NCBI GenBank assembly: GCA_963808625.1
Contig: CAWEHK010000004.1
Span: 1-64,000, forward strand
Source of the DNA: an uncultured delta proteobacterium
GTDB taxonomy: Bacteria; Desulfobacterota; Syntrophobacteria; Syntrophobacterales; Syntrophobacteraceae
DNA length: 64,000 bases
Direction: 5' to 3'
Part shown: positions 19,237 through 30,384 of the stretch, piece after piece
Numbering within the stretch: the first letter of the stretch is position 1
How the letters are laid out: each line of letters begins with the position of its first letter
Made by a program: the position numbers and the translations under genes
Notes under the pieces: generated by a model
What the model was told of the DNA's origin: nothing
Seen by the model: only the letters and a program-made list of their open reading frames with translations
The model's database searches: none

Positions 19237-22200
19237 TTAAGTCGACGGCACGGGCGGTGATACTGCTGAGGCTGCCGCTTTGGCGGCTTTGGTTGCCTTG
19301 CGCACTTTCCCTCGCTCTCCGACGCGGGCCATGATGATGTAAAACACGGGCACGAACGGGATGGCGAGCAGGGTCGAGGCGAGCATACCGCCGAAGACGA
19401 CGGTGCCGAGCGACTGCTGGCTGGCCGCGCCGGCGCCGGTTGCCGTCAGCAGGGGGACGACGCCGAGAATGAAGGCGAACGAGGTCATGACGATGGGCCG
19501 AAAGCGCCGCCGGGTCGCTTCGACGGCGGCATCGACGATGCTCATGCCCTCTTCCCGCAGTTCGCGGGCGAATTCCACGACCAAGATGGCGTTTTTGGCA
19601 GCGAGCGCAATCATCAGCACGAGGCCGATCTGCGTGTAGAGATCGTTCGGGAACCTGCGGATGATGAGCGCAACCAGTACACCGACCAGCGCGATCGGCA
19701 CCACCAGGATCACCGCTGCGGGATCGAACCAGCTTTCGTATTGGGCGGCAAGCACCAGGAACACGAGAATGATGGACAGGGCGTAAATAAAATAGGCCTG
19801 ATTGCCCACCAGTTTTTCCTGATAGGAGATCGCCGTCCAGTCGAAGCCTATGCCCTGGGGCAGGTTGTTGTTCGCCACCTGCTCCATCAAACTGAGCGCC
19901 TGGCCGGAGCTGAAGCCGGGTGCGGCGCCTCCGAACACGGCCGCTGCCGGATAGAGGTTGTACCGGGTGACCAGTTCGGAGCCAAGGGTCGGACGAATCG
20001 TGACGATGGCGCCGAGGGGCACCATCTCGCCAGCGCGGTTCGCGACGTAAAGATTGGCGATATCCTGCGACGCGCGGCGGAAGTCGGCGTCCGCCTGCAT
20101 CCGCACCTGGAAGCTCTGGTTGAACTTGTTAAAGAGATTGACGAAAGACGATCCCAGATAGGTCTGCAGCGTGTTGAAGACATCGTTCAGGGGGACGCCG
20201 AGCGACTGGGCCTGGGTGCGGTTGATGTCGAGGAAGTACTGCGGGCTGTTGGCGCTGAAGGTCGAAAAGACGCCGCGCAGGACCGACTGCGCGTTGGCCG
20301 CACGCGCGAGCTCGAGCGTCGACTTCTGCAGCTCGCCCAGGCCGAGCGCCCCACGGTCCTCGACCATCATCTGGAAACCGCCCGCCTGCCCCAACCCCGG
20401 AATCGAAGGTGGGATCAGGACGACGATCCGCGCCTCCTGGATGGCTGACAAGCTTCTGGTTCAGTTGGGCGATGATCTTCTCCTGCGGGTAGCCGGGGCG
20501 TTCGCTCCAATCCTTGTAAACCACGAAGATCGAAGCCATGTTCGAGCGGTTAGCCGAGTCGAGAACGGAATAGCCGCCGATCGTCACCCATCCGTCCACT
20601 CCCGGCGTTTCTTTGACCACCGCCCCGATTTTCTTCGTCACCTCTTCCACCCGTGGCTGCGAAGCCCCGTCCGGCAATGCCGCGGCGATGATGCAGTAGC
20701 CTTGATCCTCCGTCGGCAGGAACCCGGTCGGATGGCGCCCGAAGAAGTACCCGGCGACGGCAATGATGACGACAAAAACCACCACCATGATGCCCACATG
20801 ATGCGCCATCCTGCTGACCATGCCGATGTAGGCGTCTTCGACCGCCTGATAGACGCGGTTGAAGCCGCGGTAGAACCAGTTGATCTTCCTGTCCTTGGGC
20901 CGAGGCTTGAGATAGAGGGCGCACTGCGCCGGCTTCAGCGTAAGAGCGTTCAGCGCACTGATGACGGCGGTGGAGGCGATGACCAGGGCAAACTGCCGGA
21001 ACAATTGGCCGGTGATGCCCGGCATGAAGGCCGCCGGGAGGAACACCGCCGTCAATACGAGGGTGATGCCGACCACCGGACCGGTCAGCTCCCCCATCGC
21101 CTTGATCGCGGCGTCATGCGGCGAGAGCCCTGTCTCAATGTAGTGCGAGGCGTTTTCGACGATGACAATGGCGTCGTCGACGACAATCCCAATGGCGAGG
21201 ATGAGGGCAAACAAGGTCATCAGGTTAACGGTAAAGCCGAGGGCCAGCATCGCCGCGAAGGCGCCGATGATCGTGACCGGCACCGTCGTGGCCGGTACCA
21301 GCATCGCCCGGAAGTTCTGGAGGAACAGCGCAATGACGATCAAAACCAGGATGCCCGCTTCGAGCAGGGTCTGATAGACGGCATTGATGGACTGGTTGAT
21401 GAAGCGGGTCGTATCATAGAGTGCCTGGTACTTGAGCCCCTCGGGAAACGTCTTGCTCATTTCCGCCATTTGCTGGCGAACCTCCTCGGCCACCGTCAAC
21501 GCGTTGGCGCCGGGCAGGGAGTAGATGGCAAGATGGCCGGCCTTGTGGCCGCTGATCGTCGAGAACTGCGAGAAGGTCTGCTGGCTCAGTTCGACGCGGG
21601 CAACGTCCTTGACACGGACAATCTGGGCACTGCCGCTGCTCTGGCCGAACTTTGACTTGATAATGATGTCCTCGAATTCCTCAACTGTGGAAAGGCGGCC
21701 GAGGGTCGTCAGGGTGATCTGGAACAACTGGTCGGAGGGCACCGGAGGGCCGCCAAGCTGCCCGGCGGCGACCTGGGTATTCTGGTTCTTGACCGCTTCG
21801 AGCACATCAATCGTCGTCAGCCCATAGGACTGCATCTTGTTGGGGTCGAGCCAGATGCGCATGCCATAAGCGCCGGCTCCGAGAACGTTGACCTGGCCGA
21901 CACCGGGGAGGCGCGCGAGCGGCTGCTGGAGGTTGATGATGGCGTAGTTGCTGAGGAATTTATCGTCGTAGCGGTCGTCGTCCGAAAAAAGGCTGACAAA
22001 CATGAGGATGTTCGTCGACACCTTTTTGACTGTGACACCCTGGCTCTGCACTTCGGGAGGGAGCTGCGCCGTAGCCCCGTTGACGGCGTTCTGCACCAGC
22101 GACAGCGAGGTGTTCAGGTCGGTGCCGACATTGAATGAGACCGTCAGGATATAACTGCCGTCACTGCCGCTGGTCGATTGCATGTAGATCGAACCCTCAA

Positions 22201-22417
22201 CGCCGTTGACCGCCTGCTCGATGGGAATGCCCACGGTATTGGCGACGACCGTGGCACTGCCGCCGGGGAAGTTGGTCGTCACCTGGATGGTCGGCGGTAC
22301 GATCTCCGGATACTGCGCCACCGGCAAATTCATCAGGGCAACGGCGCCCAGGATGATGGTAACGATCGCGATGACGTTGGCGAAGATCGGCCGATTGATG
22401 AAAAAGGTTGAGATCAT
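19237..22417 (-). CDS. HAE1 RND multidrug efflux permease (frameshift near 20447)
   Basis: [53 protein letters not shown]. Confidence 0.95.
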
Positions 22418-23736
22418 GTCGCGCCTCCGGTTCGGCTGACTCCATCCGATCCCGGTGAAGCGCCTCCCGCTGAGGGCGCGGCGGCCGCTTTGCCGGCCTC
22501 TTCCGGGGTCACCTCGCGTCCGGGAACAGCCCTGAGCAGACCATCGACGATCACCCTTTCAGTGCCGGTCAGGCCTGACTTGATCACGCGCATCGCGCCC
22601 ACCTGTTCACCGATTTCCACCTGCTGGCGCTCGACCACGTTCTTATCCTTGACGATCAGTACGTAGTTGCCCAGTTGATCGAAGCCGACCGCATCGGCCG
22701 CCACCAATAGCGCGTTCTTGTTCTCCTGATAGGGTGCCTGAACCCGGGCGAAGAGCCCCGGCACGACATCTCCCTTGGGGTTTGGAAAGATTGCACGCAG
22801 CTGCAAGGTACCAGTCTGAGGATTGACGGTAATAGCCGCAAAATCGAGCACTCCCCGGTAGGGATAGCCGGTATCGCTGGCAAGCCCCATAAACACCGTG
22901 TAACCTTCACTCCGCTGAGTCTTCTCGCGGGCGCGACCCAAATCCTGCTCGCCGATCACTCGCAACAGGTCGCGCTCGTTGATCGTGAAATAGACATAAT
23001 AGGGATCAATCTGGTTGATCTCTGCCAAGACCGTATCCTGGCCCCCTCCGCCACCGCCAACGAGATTGCCCACATCGATCAGGTGGCGTCCCATCCGCCC
23101 ATCGAACGGCGCAGTAACGGTCGTGTAGCTGAGATTCAGTTTCGCCAGAGCTACCTGGGCCTGGGCATTCTCCAGGGCCGCCGCGGCGGATTCCATGGTA
23201 TATTTCCACTGATCGACGGCCGTTTCCGGTCCCGCCTTCTGTCTATAGAGGCTGAGATAGCGGTTGTATTCGGTCGTGGCGTTGTCGAGTTTCGCTTTGG
23301 ACGCCGCGACCTCGGCCTGGGCCTGCTTCAATTGCGCCTTGTACTGTTCCTGTTGAATGGTGAAGAGCAGATCGCCCTTTTTCACCCGGGCGCCATCGGT
23401 GAAATGAATCTTTTCCAGGTATCCCGGGACCCGCGCCACCAGCTTCACGGTATTGAACGCCGCAGTGTTGCCGGTGAATTCGAGATGTTCGGTAACCGTC
23501 CGCACTTCCGGCTTTGCCACCGTCACCTTGGGCGGCGGCGGCGCCACGTATTGGTTCTTGCTCTCTCCGCACGTCGTCGTAGCAAACAGCATCAGGGCCA
23601 CCAGGGTGATCTTCTGCAAACCGCGAAGCCCATGGGGCACACGAGGGAGTCTCTTCTGGTCCTTCGGTTGCTTCATACTGAAGAATGGTGGTCGATTCTT
23701 GGCCGGTTCCATATTCATCTTTCTCCTCCAACCCAC
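22414..23736 (-). CDS. RND efflux periplasmic adaptor (MFP)
   Basis: PPPPKVTVA, VARVPGYL, TVTAPFDGR, TGTLQLRAIFPNP; start uncertain. Confidence 0.93.
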   Translation of the reverse strand: MGWRRKMNMEPAKNRPPFFSMKQPKDQKRLPRVPHGLRGLQKITLVALMLFATTTCGESKNQYVAPPPPKVTVAKPEVRTVTEHLEFTGNTAAFNTVKLVARVPGYLEKIHFTDGARVKKGDLLFTIQQEQYKAQLKQAQAEVAASKAKLDNATTEYNRYLSLYRQKAGPETAVDQWKYTMESAAAALENAQAQVALAKLNLSYTTVTAPFDGRMGRHLIDVGNLVGGGGGGQDTVLAEINQIDPYYVYFTINERDLLRVIGEQDLGRAREKTQRSEGYTVFMGLASDTGYPYRGVLDFAAITVNPQTGTLQLRAIFPNPKGDVVPGLFARVQAPYQENKNALLVAADAVGFDQLGNYVLIVKDKNVVERQQVEIGEQVGAMRVIKSGLTGTERVIVDGLLRAVPGREVTPEEAGKAAAAPSAGGASPGSDGVSRTGGAT

Positions 23737-23771
23737 TTAAACTTAGTACGGCTCGTCGCCATAAAAGGACC

Positions 23772-23872
23772 ATGATCCCGATGCGTCATTCCGGTGAAAA
23801 CCGTAATCCAGAAGAGCCTCCTGGATACCGGCTTGGGCCGGTATGACGAAGGTGGTTTGGACACTTATTTCT
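23772..23872. repeat. GTCATTCC...GGTATGAC palindromic MITE-like element (related copies ~38620-38712, ~57655-57755)
   Basis: Shared double hairpin and gacact(t/c)attt end; the 57655 copy is the reverse complement. Confidence 0.75.
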
Positions 23873-23925
23873 GTGGCGGCGCACCCATTGCTCCAGCATG
23901 AACACAAAGCACGAGCCTGTCCCTT

Positions 23926-25563
23926 CTACCAGTCGGGGGCGCGAATCACACCGACCGGGGTCTCCGGCGCCGGCGGCCGGACCGCCGCAGGGGTCAAAAG
24001 ATTGCCCCAGTCCGTGCGTTCTTTCATGGTGTCCCTGATTTCAGTCGGGATGAAGTCGTGTCCTTCGCGGATCTCCCAGCCACCTCCAAGCGCCCGATAG
24101 ATGGCGATCAGGCTCTGCGGCGCTACGCCGTCGGCGTCGGCCAGGTTGAGCTGATATCTGAGCAAATTCTGCTGCGCAGTAAGCACCGTCGTAAAATCCG
24201 TCACGCCCTCGGTGTACTGAATCATCGCCAGATCCGCACCCTGCTTCGCTGCATTGACAGCCTCGGTAAGCGAGCCGATTTCTCCCTGGGCATTGAGGAA
24301 CGCGACCAAGCCGTTCTCCACTTCCTGTTGCGCCTGAAGCACACTGTTCTGATAACTGACGAGCGCCTCCTGGAACCGGGCGTCCTGCACCCTGACGCGG
24401 TTGGTAATCTGACCGTAATTCAGCACGTTCCACTGGAACGCAGGTCCAATGGCACCGGTCCTGCTTTTCCATGAGGTCAGGTCGCCAAGCTGGAACTGCC
24501 CCACATCACTGGCGAGAAATCCGAAGTTGCCCGACAAAGAAAACGCCGGGTAAAGGTCCGCCTTGGCGATGCCAATTTGCGCACAGAGTGCCATCGCCTG
24601 GTATTCCGCATTGCGAATGTCGGGGCGTCGGCGCAGAAGGTCTGCCGGAATGCCGACCGCAACTTGAAGGGGCGCCCTGGGAATCCCGGAGGTCCCCGAA
24701 AGCACATCATCCAGGCGGCTCGGCGGCAGGCCAAGCAGGGTGCAAAGAGCGTTCTTTGTCTGTCGCAACTGAGTATCATATTGGAACACGGTCGCTTCCG
24801 TGTTTTTCAGTTCGGCAATGGCCTGCTGCACGTCTCGATCGCTGGTGACGCCGGTTTGGAAACGCACCTTGGCAAGCTTCAGACTTTCTTTCTGGATCTC
24901 CACGTTTTGTTCGGCGATTCGCAAGCGGTCTTCCAGCGTTCGAATCAGCACATAGGTGCTGGCCACATCCCCGGTCAGCGTCACCAGCGCGCTGTCGTAG
25001 GCGGCGATGGAACTGAGCAGATTGGCGTCGGCAGACTGTATGGCACGCCGGTACTTACCCCAGAAGTCAAGCTCCCAGCTCGCTCCAACACCACCCTGGG
25101 CCTGCATGTAAGAAAAGCTAATCCCCGCGCCCTGTCCCAGCTGGGGCGCCGAGGGGGACGTTTCGCTGGCTCGATTGTAACTTGTTGATCCGAGTGCCTG
25201 TTGCGCTTGCGGATAGAATTCACCAATGGCGATCCCGAGCTGCGCGCGCGCCTCAAAAACCCGCACGCCGGCAATACGGAGGGAGAGGTTCTGTTGGTAG
25301 GCGGTCTGAATGAGGTTCTCGAGGACCGGATCGTGGAAGGCTTTCCACCATTCCCGGTAAGTCGCCGGTGCGGTTTCAATCCGGGGATCATTGGCCTCAA
25401 GCCATTGATCGGAAACTCTCACGGTCGGGCGCAGGAAATCGGGTCCGACCATGGTGCACCCGGTGAGCAGCGTGACGACTAGAAACAGAGCCGGCCAGAA
25501 CCTTGAAAATCGTTGCCTGGGGGCGGGCGTCGAAACGGGTGCTGACTCACAGACATCGGCCAT
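23926..25563 (-). CDS. Outer-membrane efflux lipoprotein (NodT/OprM family)
   Basis: Lipobox LTGC, WELDFWG, PADLLRRRPDIR, YRALGGGW. Confidence 0.95.
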   Translation of the reverse strand: MADVCESAPVSTPAPRQRFSRFWPALFLVVTLLTGCTMVGPDFLRPTVRVSDQWLEANDPRIETAPATYREWWKAFHDPVLENLIQTAYQQNLSLRIAGVRVFEARAQLGIAIGEFYPQAQQALGSTSYNRASETSPSAPQLGQGAGISFSYMQAQGGVGASWELDFWGKYRRAIQSADANLLSSIAAYDSALVTLTGDVASTYVLIRTLEDRLRIAEQNVEIQKESLKLAKVRFQTGVTSDRDVQQAIAELKNTEATVFQYDTQLRQTKNALCTLLGLPPSRLDDVLSGTSGIPRAPLQVAVGIPADLLRRRPDIRNAEYQAMALCAQIGIAKADLYPAFSLSGNFGFLASDVGQFQLGDLTSWKSRTGAIGPAFQWNVLNYGQITNRVRVQDARFQEALVSYQNSVLQAQQEVENGLVAFLNAQGEIGSLTEAVNAAKQGADLAMIQYTEGVTDFTTVLTAQQNLLRYQLNLADADGVAPQSLIAIYRALGGGWEIREGHDFIPTEIRDTMKERTDWGNLLTPAAVRPPAPETPVGVIRAPDW

Positions 25564-25832
25564 TTTTCCCTCCCTACAAACGGCTGGTCGGCTCTTATTG
25601 AAGATCTTCGAAGACTGGTCGTTACTCGAGACGCCCTATTCGTCTCGTCTCGAATGCCTAACTACCATATTCTCAAGGTGCACGAAAGCTTCAAAAAAGC
25701 ACAAATAAGGATCAACATCCCCGCCACACGAAAGGTGGGGCAGCGAGAACAAAAGCCTCGCAAGCATCGGTTTCGGGAAACTCGCCAAAGGGCGTGCGGT
25801 AGTAACAGAGTCGCCGGGGTTGTTGAATTAAT

Positions 25833-25962
25833 AATTCAGGGATTGAGGAATTGAGGGATTCAGGGATTGAATTTGCGGAATCAAAACAATCTTTGCCTCG
25901 CAACGTACAAATTCCTCAATTCCTAAATCCCTTAATTCCTCAATTCCTAAATCCCCTAATTC
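25833..25962. repeat. Inverted arrays of 8-mer repeats (AATTCCTC/AATCCCTA type)
   Basis: gggattgaggaattgagggattcaggga followed by aattcctcaattcctaaatcccttaattcctcaattcctaaatccc. Confidence 0.8.
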
Positions 25963-26007
25963 AACAGCATCACCAGGCGGCGTCGAGGCCGAAGGCTGGA
26001 GCCCTCG

Positions 26008-27208
26008 TCATCCTGACAACGCTTGCAGGGCTCTTTCCAGCCGGTCGAAGCCCTCTTTCAAGTCTTCCATGGAAAGAGCGTACGATATGCGGATACAGTC
26101 GTCTTCGCCGAAGGCGCTGCCGGGCACGAGCGCCAGATGGGCTGCTTCCATAAGGTATTCGGAAAGATCCAGTGAAGAGTTGATGATGCCGGTAGGAGTC
26201 TTCTTGCCATAATAGGCACTGCAATTGGGAAAGACGTAAAAGGCTCCATCCGGCGCGGGACAGGTGACTTGAGGCAGCGCCGCCAATCGCTCCAGGACAT
26301 AGTGACAGCGCTGCTCAAAGATCCGGACCATCTTCCCCGACCTCTTGCTGATCTCCATTCAAGGCCGCAGCTGCGGCAAATTGTGAAATGCTCGTCGGGT
26401 TGCTCGTGGATTGACTTTGGACATCGGTAGCCGCTTTCACCACCTGGGCATGCCCGATCAGGTAGCCAATCCGCCAACCGGTCATGCAATAGGTCTTGCT
26501 CACCCCGTTGACGATGAAGGTGCGCTCCCGCAATTCCTCGCGCACCATCGCCAGATTGGCCCACTCATGACCGGCGAAAAGAATCCGGTAATAGATGTCA
26601 TCGGAAGCAATGCTTACGTGCTCATGGCGGAGCAGCACGGCCGCGAGCGCCTCGAGCTCGGAACGACGATAATGCACCCCGGTAGGATTGGAAGGGCTGT
26701 TGAAGATGAGCAGGCGGGTGCTCGGGGTAATGGCCTGTTCCAGTTGTTCGGGCTGCATTTTGAAACCGTTGGCCTCGAGACAGGGCACCATCACGGGCGT
26801 ACCGCCGGCCAACGCCACCATGTCCGGGTACGAAACCCAGTACGGGGCCGGGATAATGACTTCGTCCCCAGGCCCGATGAGGGCTTGCAGAAGGTTGTAG
26901 AGAGCATGCTTGCCGCCGCAGGAGACGAGGATGTTTTCACGTTGATACGCGAGTCCGTAGTCCTTGTGCAAGGTTTGCAGCACGGCATCTTTGAGCTCGT
27001 CGACGCCGCTCACGGCGGTATATCGGGTCTGACCGTCGCGCATGGCCTGGATCGCAGCCTCCTGAATGTACTGCGGCGTATCGAAATCGGGCTCACCCAC
27101 GCCAAAATTGACGATATGTGCTCCCTGCTTCTTCAAGGCCTTGGCTTTGGCATTGATGGCCAAGGTTGCCGATGGTTTGATTCGCGTCACCCGTTGCGCC
27201 AGTTTCAT
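26008..27208 (-). CDS. aspC: Aspartate aminotransferase, class I/II PLP enzyme (frameshift near 26335)
   Basis: MKLAQRVTRIKPSATL, GEPDFDTP, NSPSNPTG, SKTYCMTGWRIG. Confidence 0.9.
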
Positions 27209-27228
27209 GATCAATCCTTCTTCCTTGA

Positions 27229-28006
27229 TCACTGCCCGGTGAGTCCTTCGTACCGGACAGAAACGAGATAGAGTCCATGGGCAGGAGCGGTCATGCCTGC
27301 CTGCCGTCGATCCCTGCTGGCAAGAATAGCGCGAAAAATCGTTCGGTGCAAGCTTGCCTTTTCCCACCTCCACCAAGGTGCCGACCAGGTTTCGCACCAT
27401 GTGCCTCAGGAAACCGTTCGCCTCAAACAGGAAAACCAGATGGTGCGCATCTGGAGCCTCGATCGCAGCCCGATAGAGGTCCCGCTCCGTCGAGTTCACC
27501 GGCGACCCGGCAGCCATGAAGGCTGAGAAGTCATGAAGTCCCACGATGCTTGCCAGGCATGCCCTCATCGCCGACCGGTCAAGGGGGTTGCGGATATGCC
27601 AGGCAAAATGCCTTTCGAGGGCAGACGGCGCCTCCCGGTTGAGAATGCGATACTCGTATCGCTTGCCTGCCGCAGAAAATCGGGCGTGAAAAGCGTGGTC
27701 GACTTCTTCCGCGTGCAGGACCACGATATCGGATGGCAGGAGACCGTTGAGCCCCCGTTGTATTTCTGCGGGCTCGAGCGCGGTATGCGCGTAGAAATTG
27801 ACCACCTGCCCCCGGGCGTGGACCCCGGCATCGGTTCGACCCGAAGCCCGCGTCCTCATCGGTTCCCCCAGGATGATTTCCAGTCGGGACTCGAGCACCT
27901 CCTGGATCGTCATTACGCCATGCTGGCGCTGCCATCCGTGATACTGCGAGCCGTTGTACTCGAGAGTCAGTTTGAAGTTGCGTTTTGGTTTAGCTTCGAA
28001 CGCCAC
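27229..28006 (-). CDS. truA: tRNA pseudouridine(38-40) synthase (frameshift near 27335)
   Basis: YHGWQRQ, SGRTDAGVHA, FHARF, GFLRHMVRNLVG; shifted C-terminus TAPAHGLYL. Confidence 0.93.
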
Positions 28007-29043
28007 TACGGCTGCCACGGGGCATAATTGAGTCCGAGCTCCTCCGCCATGCCGCTCATGAGGTTCATATTGCACACCGCCTGGCCGGACGCTCCCCGCG
28101 TCAGGTTGTCAATCACCGCTACCACGATCACCCGCCGGTTCCGTAAATCCACGCGCCAGCCGAGGTCGCAATAATTGCTGCCGCGCACCTGCAGGGTCGT
28201 GGGCAGGTCGCCGCGACCACAAAGTCGAACGAAGGGGGCCTCCCGATAAAAGGAAGCAAAAGCCTCGTCGATATGATCCGCCGTGGCCTCATCCCTCAGC
28301 GTGGCATAGACCGTGCTCAGGATCCCCCGGCTCATGGGCACCAGGTGGGGCGTAAAGGTGAGGCAAACCGGTTCCCCGGCAAGAGTGGTCAATTCCTGCT
28401 CCATTTCCGGAGTGTGTCGATGTTCCGTGACCTTGTAAGCCTTGAAGCTGTCGCTCACCTCGCAGAAATGGACGGACAAAGAAACCCCGCGTCCCGCTCC
28501 CGTTACCCCTGACTTGGAATCGGCAATCAGGGTCCGGTGTTCGATCAGGCCCTTGTCAAGAAGGGGGGCCACCGCAAGAATGACGCTGGTTGGGTAACAT
28601 CCGGGGTTGGCTACCAGGCGGGCGGTGCGGATGCGGTCGCGATGGAGCTCAGGCAGGCCGTATACAGCCTCCGGGAGCAGCTCGGGAGTTTTGTGCGCCT
28701 GGTACCATGCCTCGTACACCATGGGGTCCTTCAGGCGATAATCGGCGCTGAGATCGACGACCTTTACCCCCCGCTCTAACAGTTCCGGGACGATATCCAT
28801 TGCCGCCTGATGAGGGAGGGCCGTAAATACCAGATCGGCGTCGGCAGCCAGGATCTCGGGGTCGGTGTTGGCGAAAACCAGCTCACAATGACCTTTGAAC
28901 GCCGGATAGACTTCATCCAGGCGCAGTCCGGCCTGCTGCCGGGAGGTGATGGTGGTGAGTACCACCTGAGGATGATGGCTCAAGATGCGAACCAGCTCAA
29001 AACCCGTATAGCCGGAAGCTCCGGCAATAGCCACCCGTAACAT
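28006..29043 (-). CDS. argC: N-acetyl-gamma-glutamyl-phosphate reductase
   Basis: GASGYTG, ANPGCYPT, DNLTRGASGQAV. Confidence 0.97.
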   Translation of the reverse strand: MLRVAIAGASGYTGFELVRILSHHPQVVLTTITSRQQAGLRLDEVYPAFKGHCELVFANTDPEILAADADLVFTALPHQAAMDIVPELLERGVKVVDLSADYRLKDPMVYEAWYQAHKTPELLPEAVYGLPELHRDRIRTARLVANPGCYPTSVILAVAPLLDKGLIEHRTLIADSKSGVTGAGRGVSLSVHFCEVSDSFKAYKVTEHRHTPEMEQELTTLAGEPVCLTFTPHLVPMSRGILSTVYATLRDEATADHIDEAFASFYREAPFVRLCGRGDLPTTLQVRGSNYCDLGWRVDLRNRRVIVVAVIDNLTRGASGQAVCNMNLMSGMAEELGLNYAPWQP

Positions 29044-29270
29044 TTCCTGCCTCGCTTGTAACGGAAGTCAGAATTCAGAGGTCGGACGTCAGGAGAGCGG
29101 AAAACTTGTCACCCTGGTCCCGCCAAGACGGGCGCCCACACCCATTCCGTCCTCGGCTATGATAAATATAGGGGTACCAAACCATCCGCCTGGTACCCCT
29201 ATAGATATTCTTCAGCAGACCGAGGTCGCCTGCCAGCTTTCTTTCGTTGGACCGGTTCCCGCGATCAGCC

Positions 29271-29666
29271 TTACCGCTTCGAGTATTGGAAGCGAGCCCT
29301 CGCACCAGGTTGACCGTACTTTTTCCGTTCTTTCGCACGGGGGTCGCGGGTCAGGAACCCTGCCCGCTTCAAGACCTCGCGAAATTCCGGATTGAATTCC
29401 AGGAGGGCCTTGGTGATCCCATGCCGGATGGCGCCGGCTTGTCCCGAGGTGCCACCGCCATGCACGTTAACGGCCACATCCATCTTGCCGAAGGTACCGG
29501 TCAAGACCAGCGGCTGGTTGATCACCATCTTGGCGGTCTCGCGATCGACGTATTGATCCAGCGGCTTCTTGTTGATGGTCACCCGCCCGGCACCGGGCTG
29601 CAACCAGACCCTGGCTACTGCCGTCTTCCGCTTTCCTGTTGCGTAAAAACGTTGTTCCGCTATCAC
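29271..29666 (-). CDS. rpsI: 30S ribosomal protein S9
   Basis: [11 protein letters not shown]...[19 protein letters not shown]. Confidence 0.98.
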   Translation of the reverse strand: MIAEQRFYATGKRKTAVARVWLQPGAGRVTINKKPLDQYVDRETAKMVINQPLVLTGTFGKMDVAVNVHGGGTSGQAGAIRHGITKALLEFNPEFREVLKRAGFLTRDPRAKERKKYGQPGARARFQYSKR

Positions 29667-29693
29667 TCAAATCTCCCCATTCTGTGATCAGTC

Positions 29694-30122
29694 CTATAGC
29701 GACAACTGCTGCGGTTGCTGCGCCTCGTGAGGATGCTCGGCACCACGATAAATCTTCAGCTTTTTGATCAGCTTCCGGCCCAGCCGGTTCTTCGGCAGCA
29801 TACCCCACACCGCCAGCCGGATCATCCGTTCGGGTTTATCCTGGTTCAGCTTTCGCGCCGTGATTGCCCTGATTCCGCTCATATACCCGGTGTGCCGGTA
29901 GTATACCTTCTGGTCCCATTTCCTGCCCGTAAGCTGGACCTTCTCGGCATTGATCACGACGATAAAGTCCCCGAGGTCGACATGGGGGGTGAAATGCGGC
30001 AGGTGCTTTCCCCTGAGCCTCATGGCGATGTGGGATGCCAGCCTTCCCAGCACCTGATTTTCGGCGTCCACCAGGATCCATTTGCGCTGACCTGGTTCAA
30101 ATTTGGCACTAATTGTTTTCAT
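29694..30122 (-). CDS. rplM: 50S ribosomal protein L13
   Basis: [33 protein letters not shown]. Confidence 0.98.
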   Translation of the reverse strand: MKTISAKFEPGQRKWILVDAENQVLGRLASHIAMRLRGKHLPHFTPHVDLGDFIVVINAEKVQLTGRKWDQKVYYRHTGYMSGIRAITARKLNQDKPERMIRLAVWGMLPKNRLGRKLIKKLKIYRGAEHPHEAQQPQQLSL

Positions 30123-30384
30123 TAGAATATTCTCCACCTTCGAGGAAAATGTAAAACTCGAAGCTGTGATCTATAAAAGATCCCCCTGCGCTTGTCAAGC
30201 AAGACGTTCTCTCAGGCAGCAAATTCGTCGTTTTTTTTTCGTGGATCATCACGAATCAGGGTGATCTCCTCTGAACCATCCTCACGCGGAGACGCGGAGA
30301 ACGCGGAGCTTCTTCCGGTATTTCCGCGACTCTGCGCCTCCGCGTGAGTCTTGAGAGCGTTCGAGAGAAGCAGACGACAAGCCC

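Noticed and set aside
26315..28075. 586-aa TruA-aminotransferase fusion ORF
   Set aside because: Frameshift near 27335; the normal TruA end (TAPAHGLYL...*) is in another frame and the aminotransferase has its own RBS and ATG at 27208.
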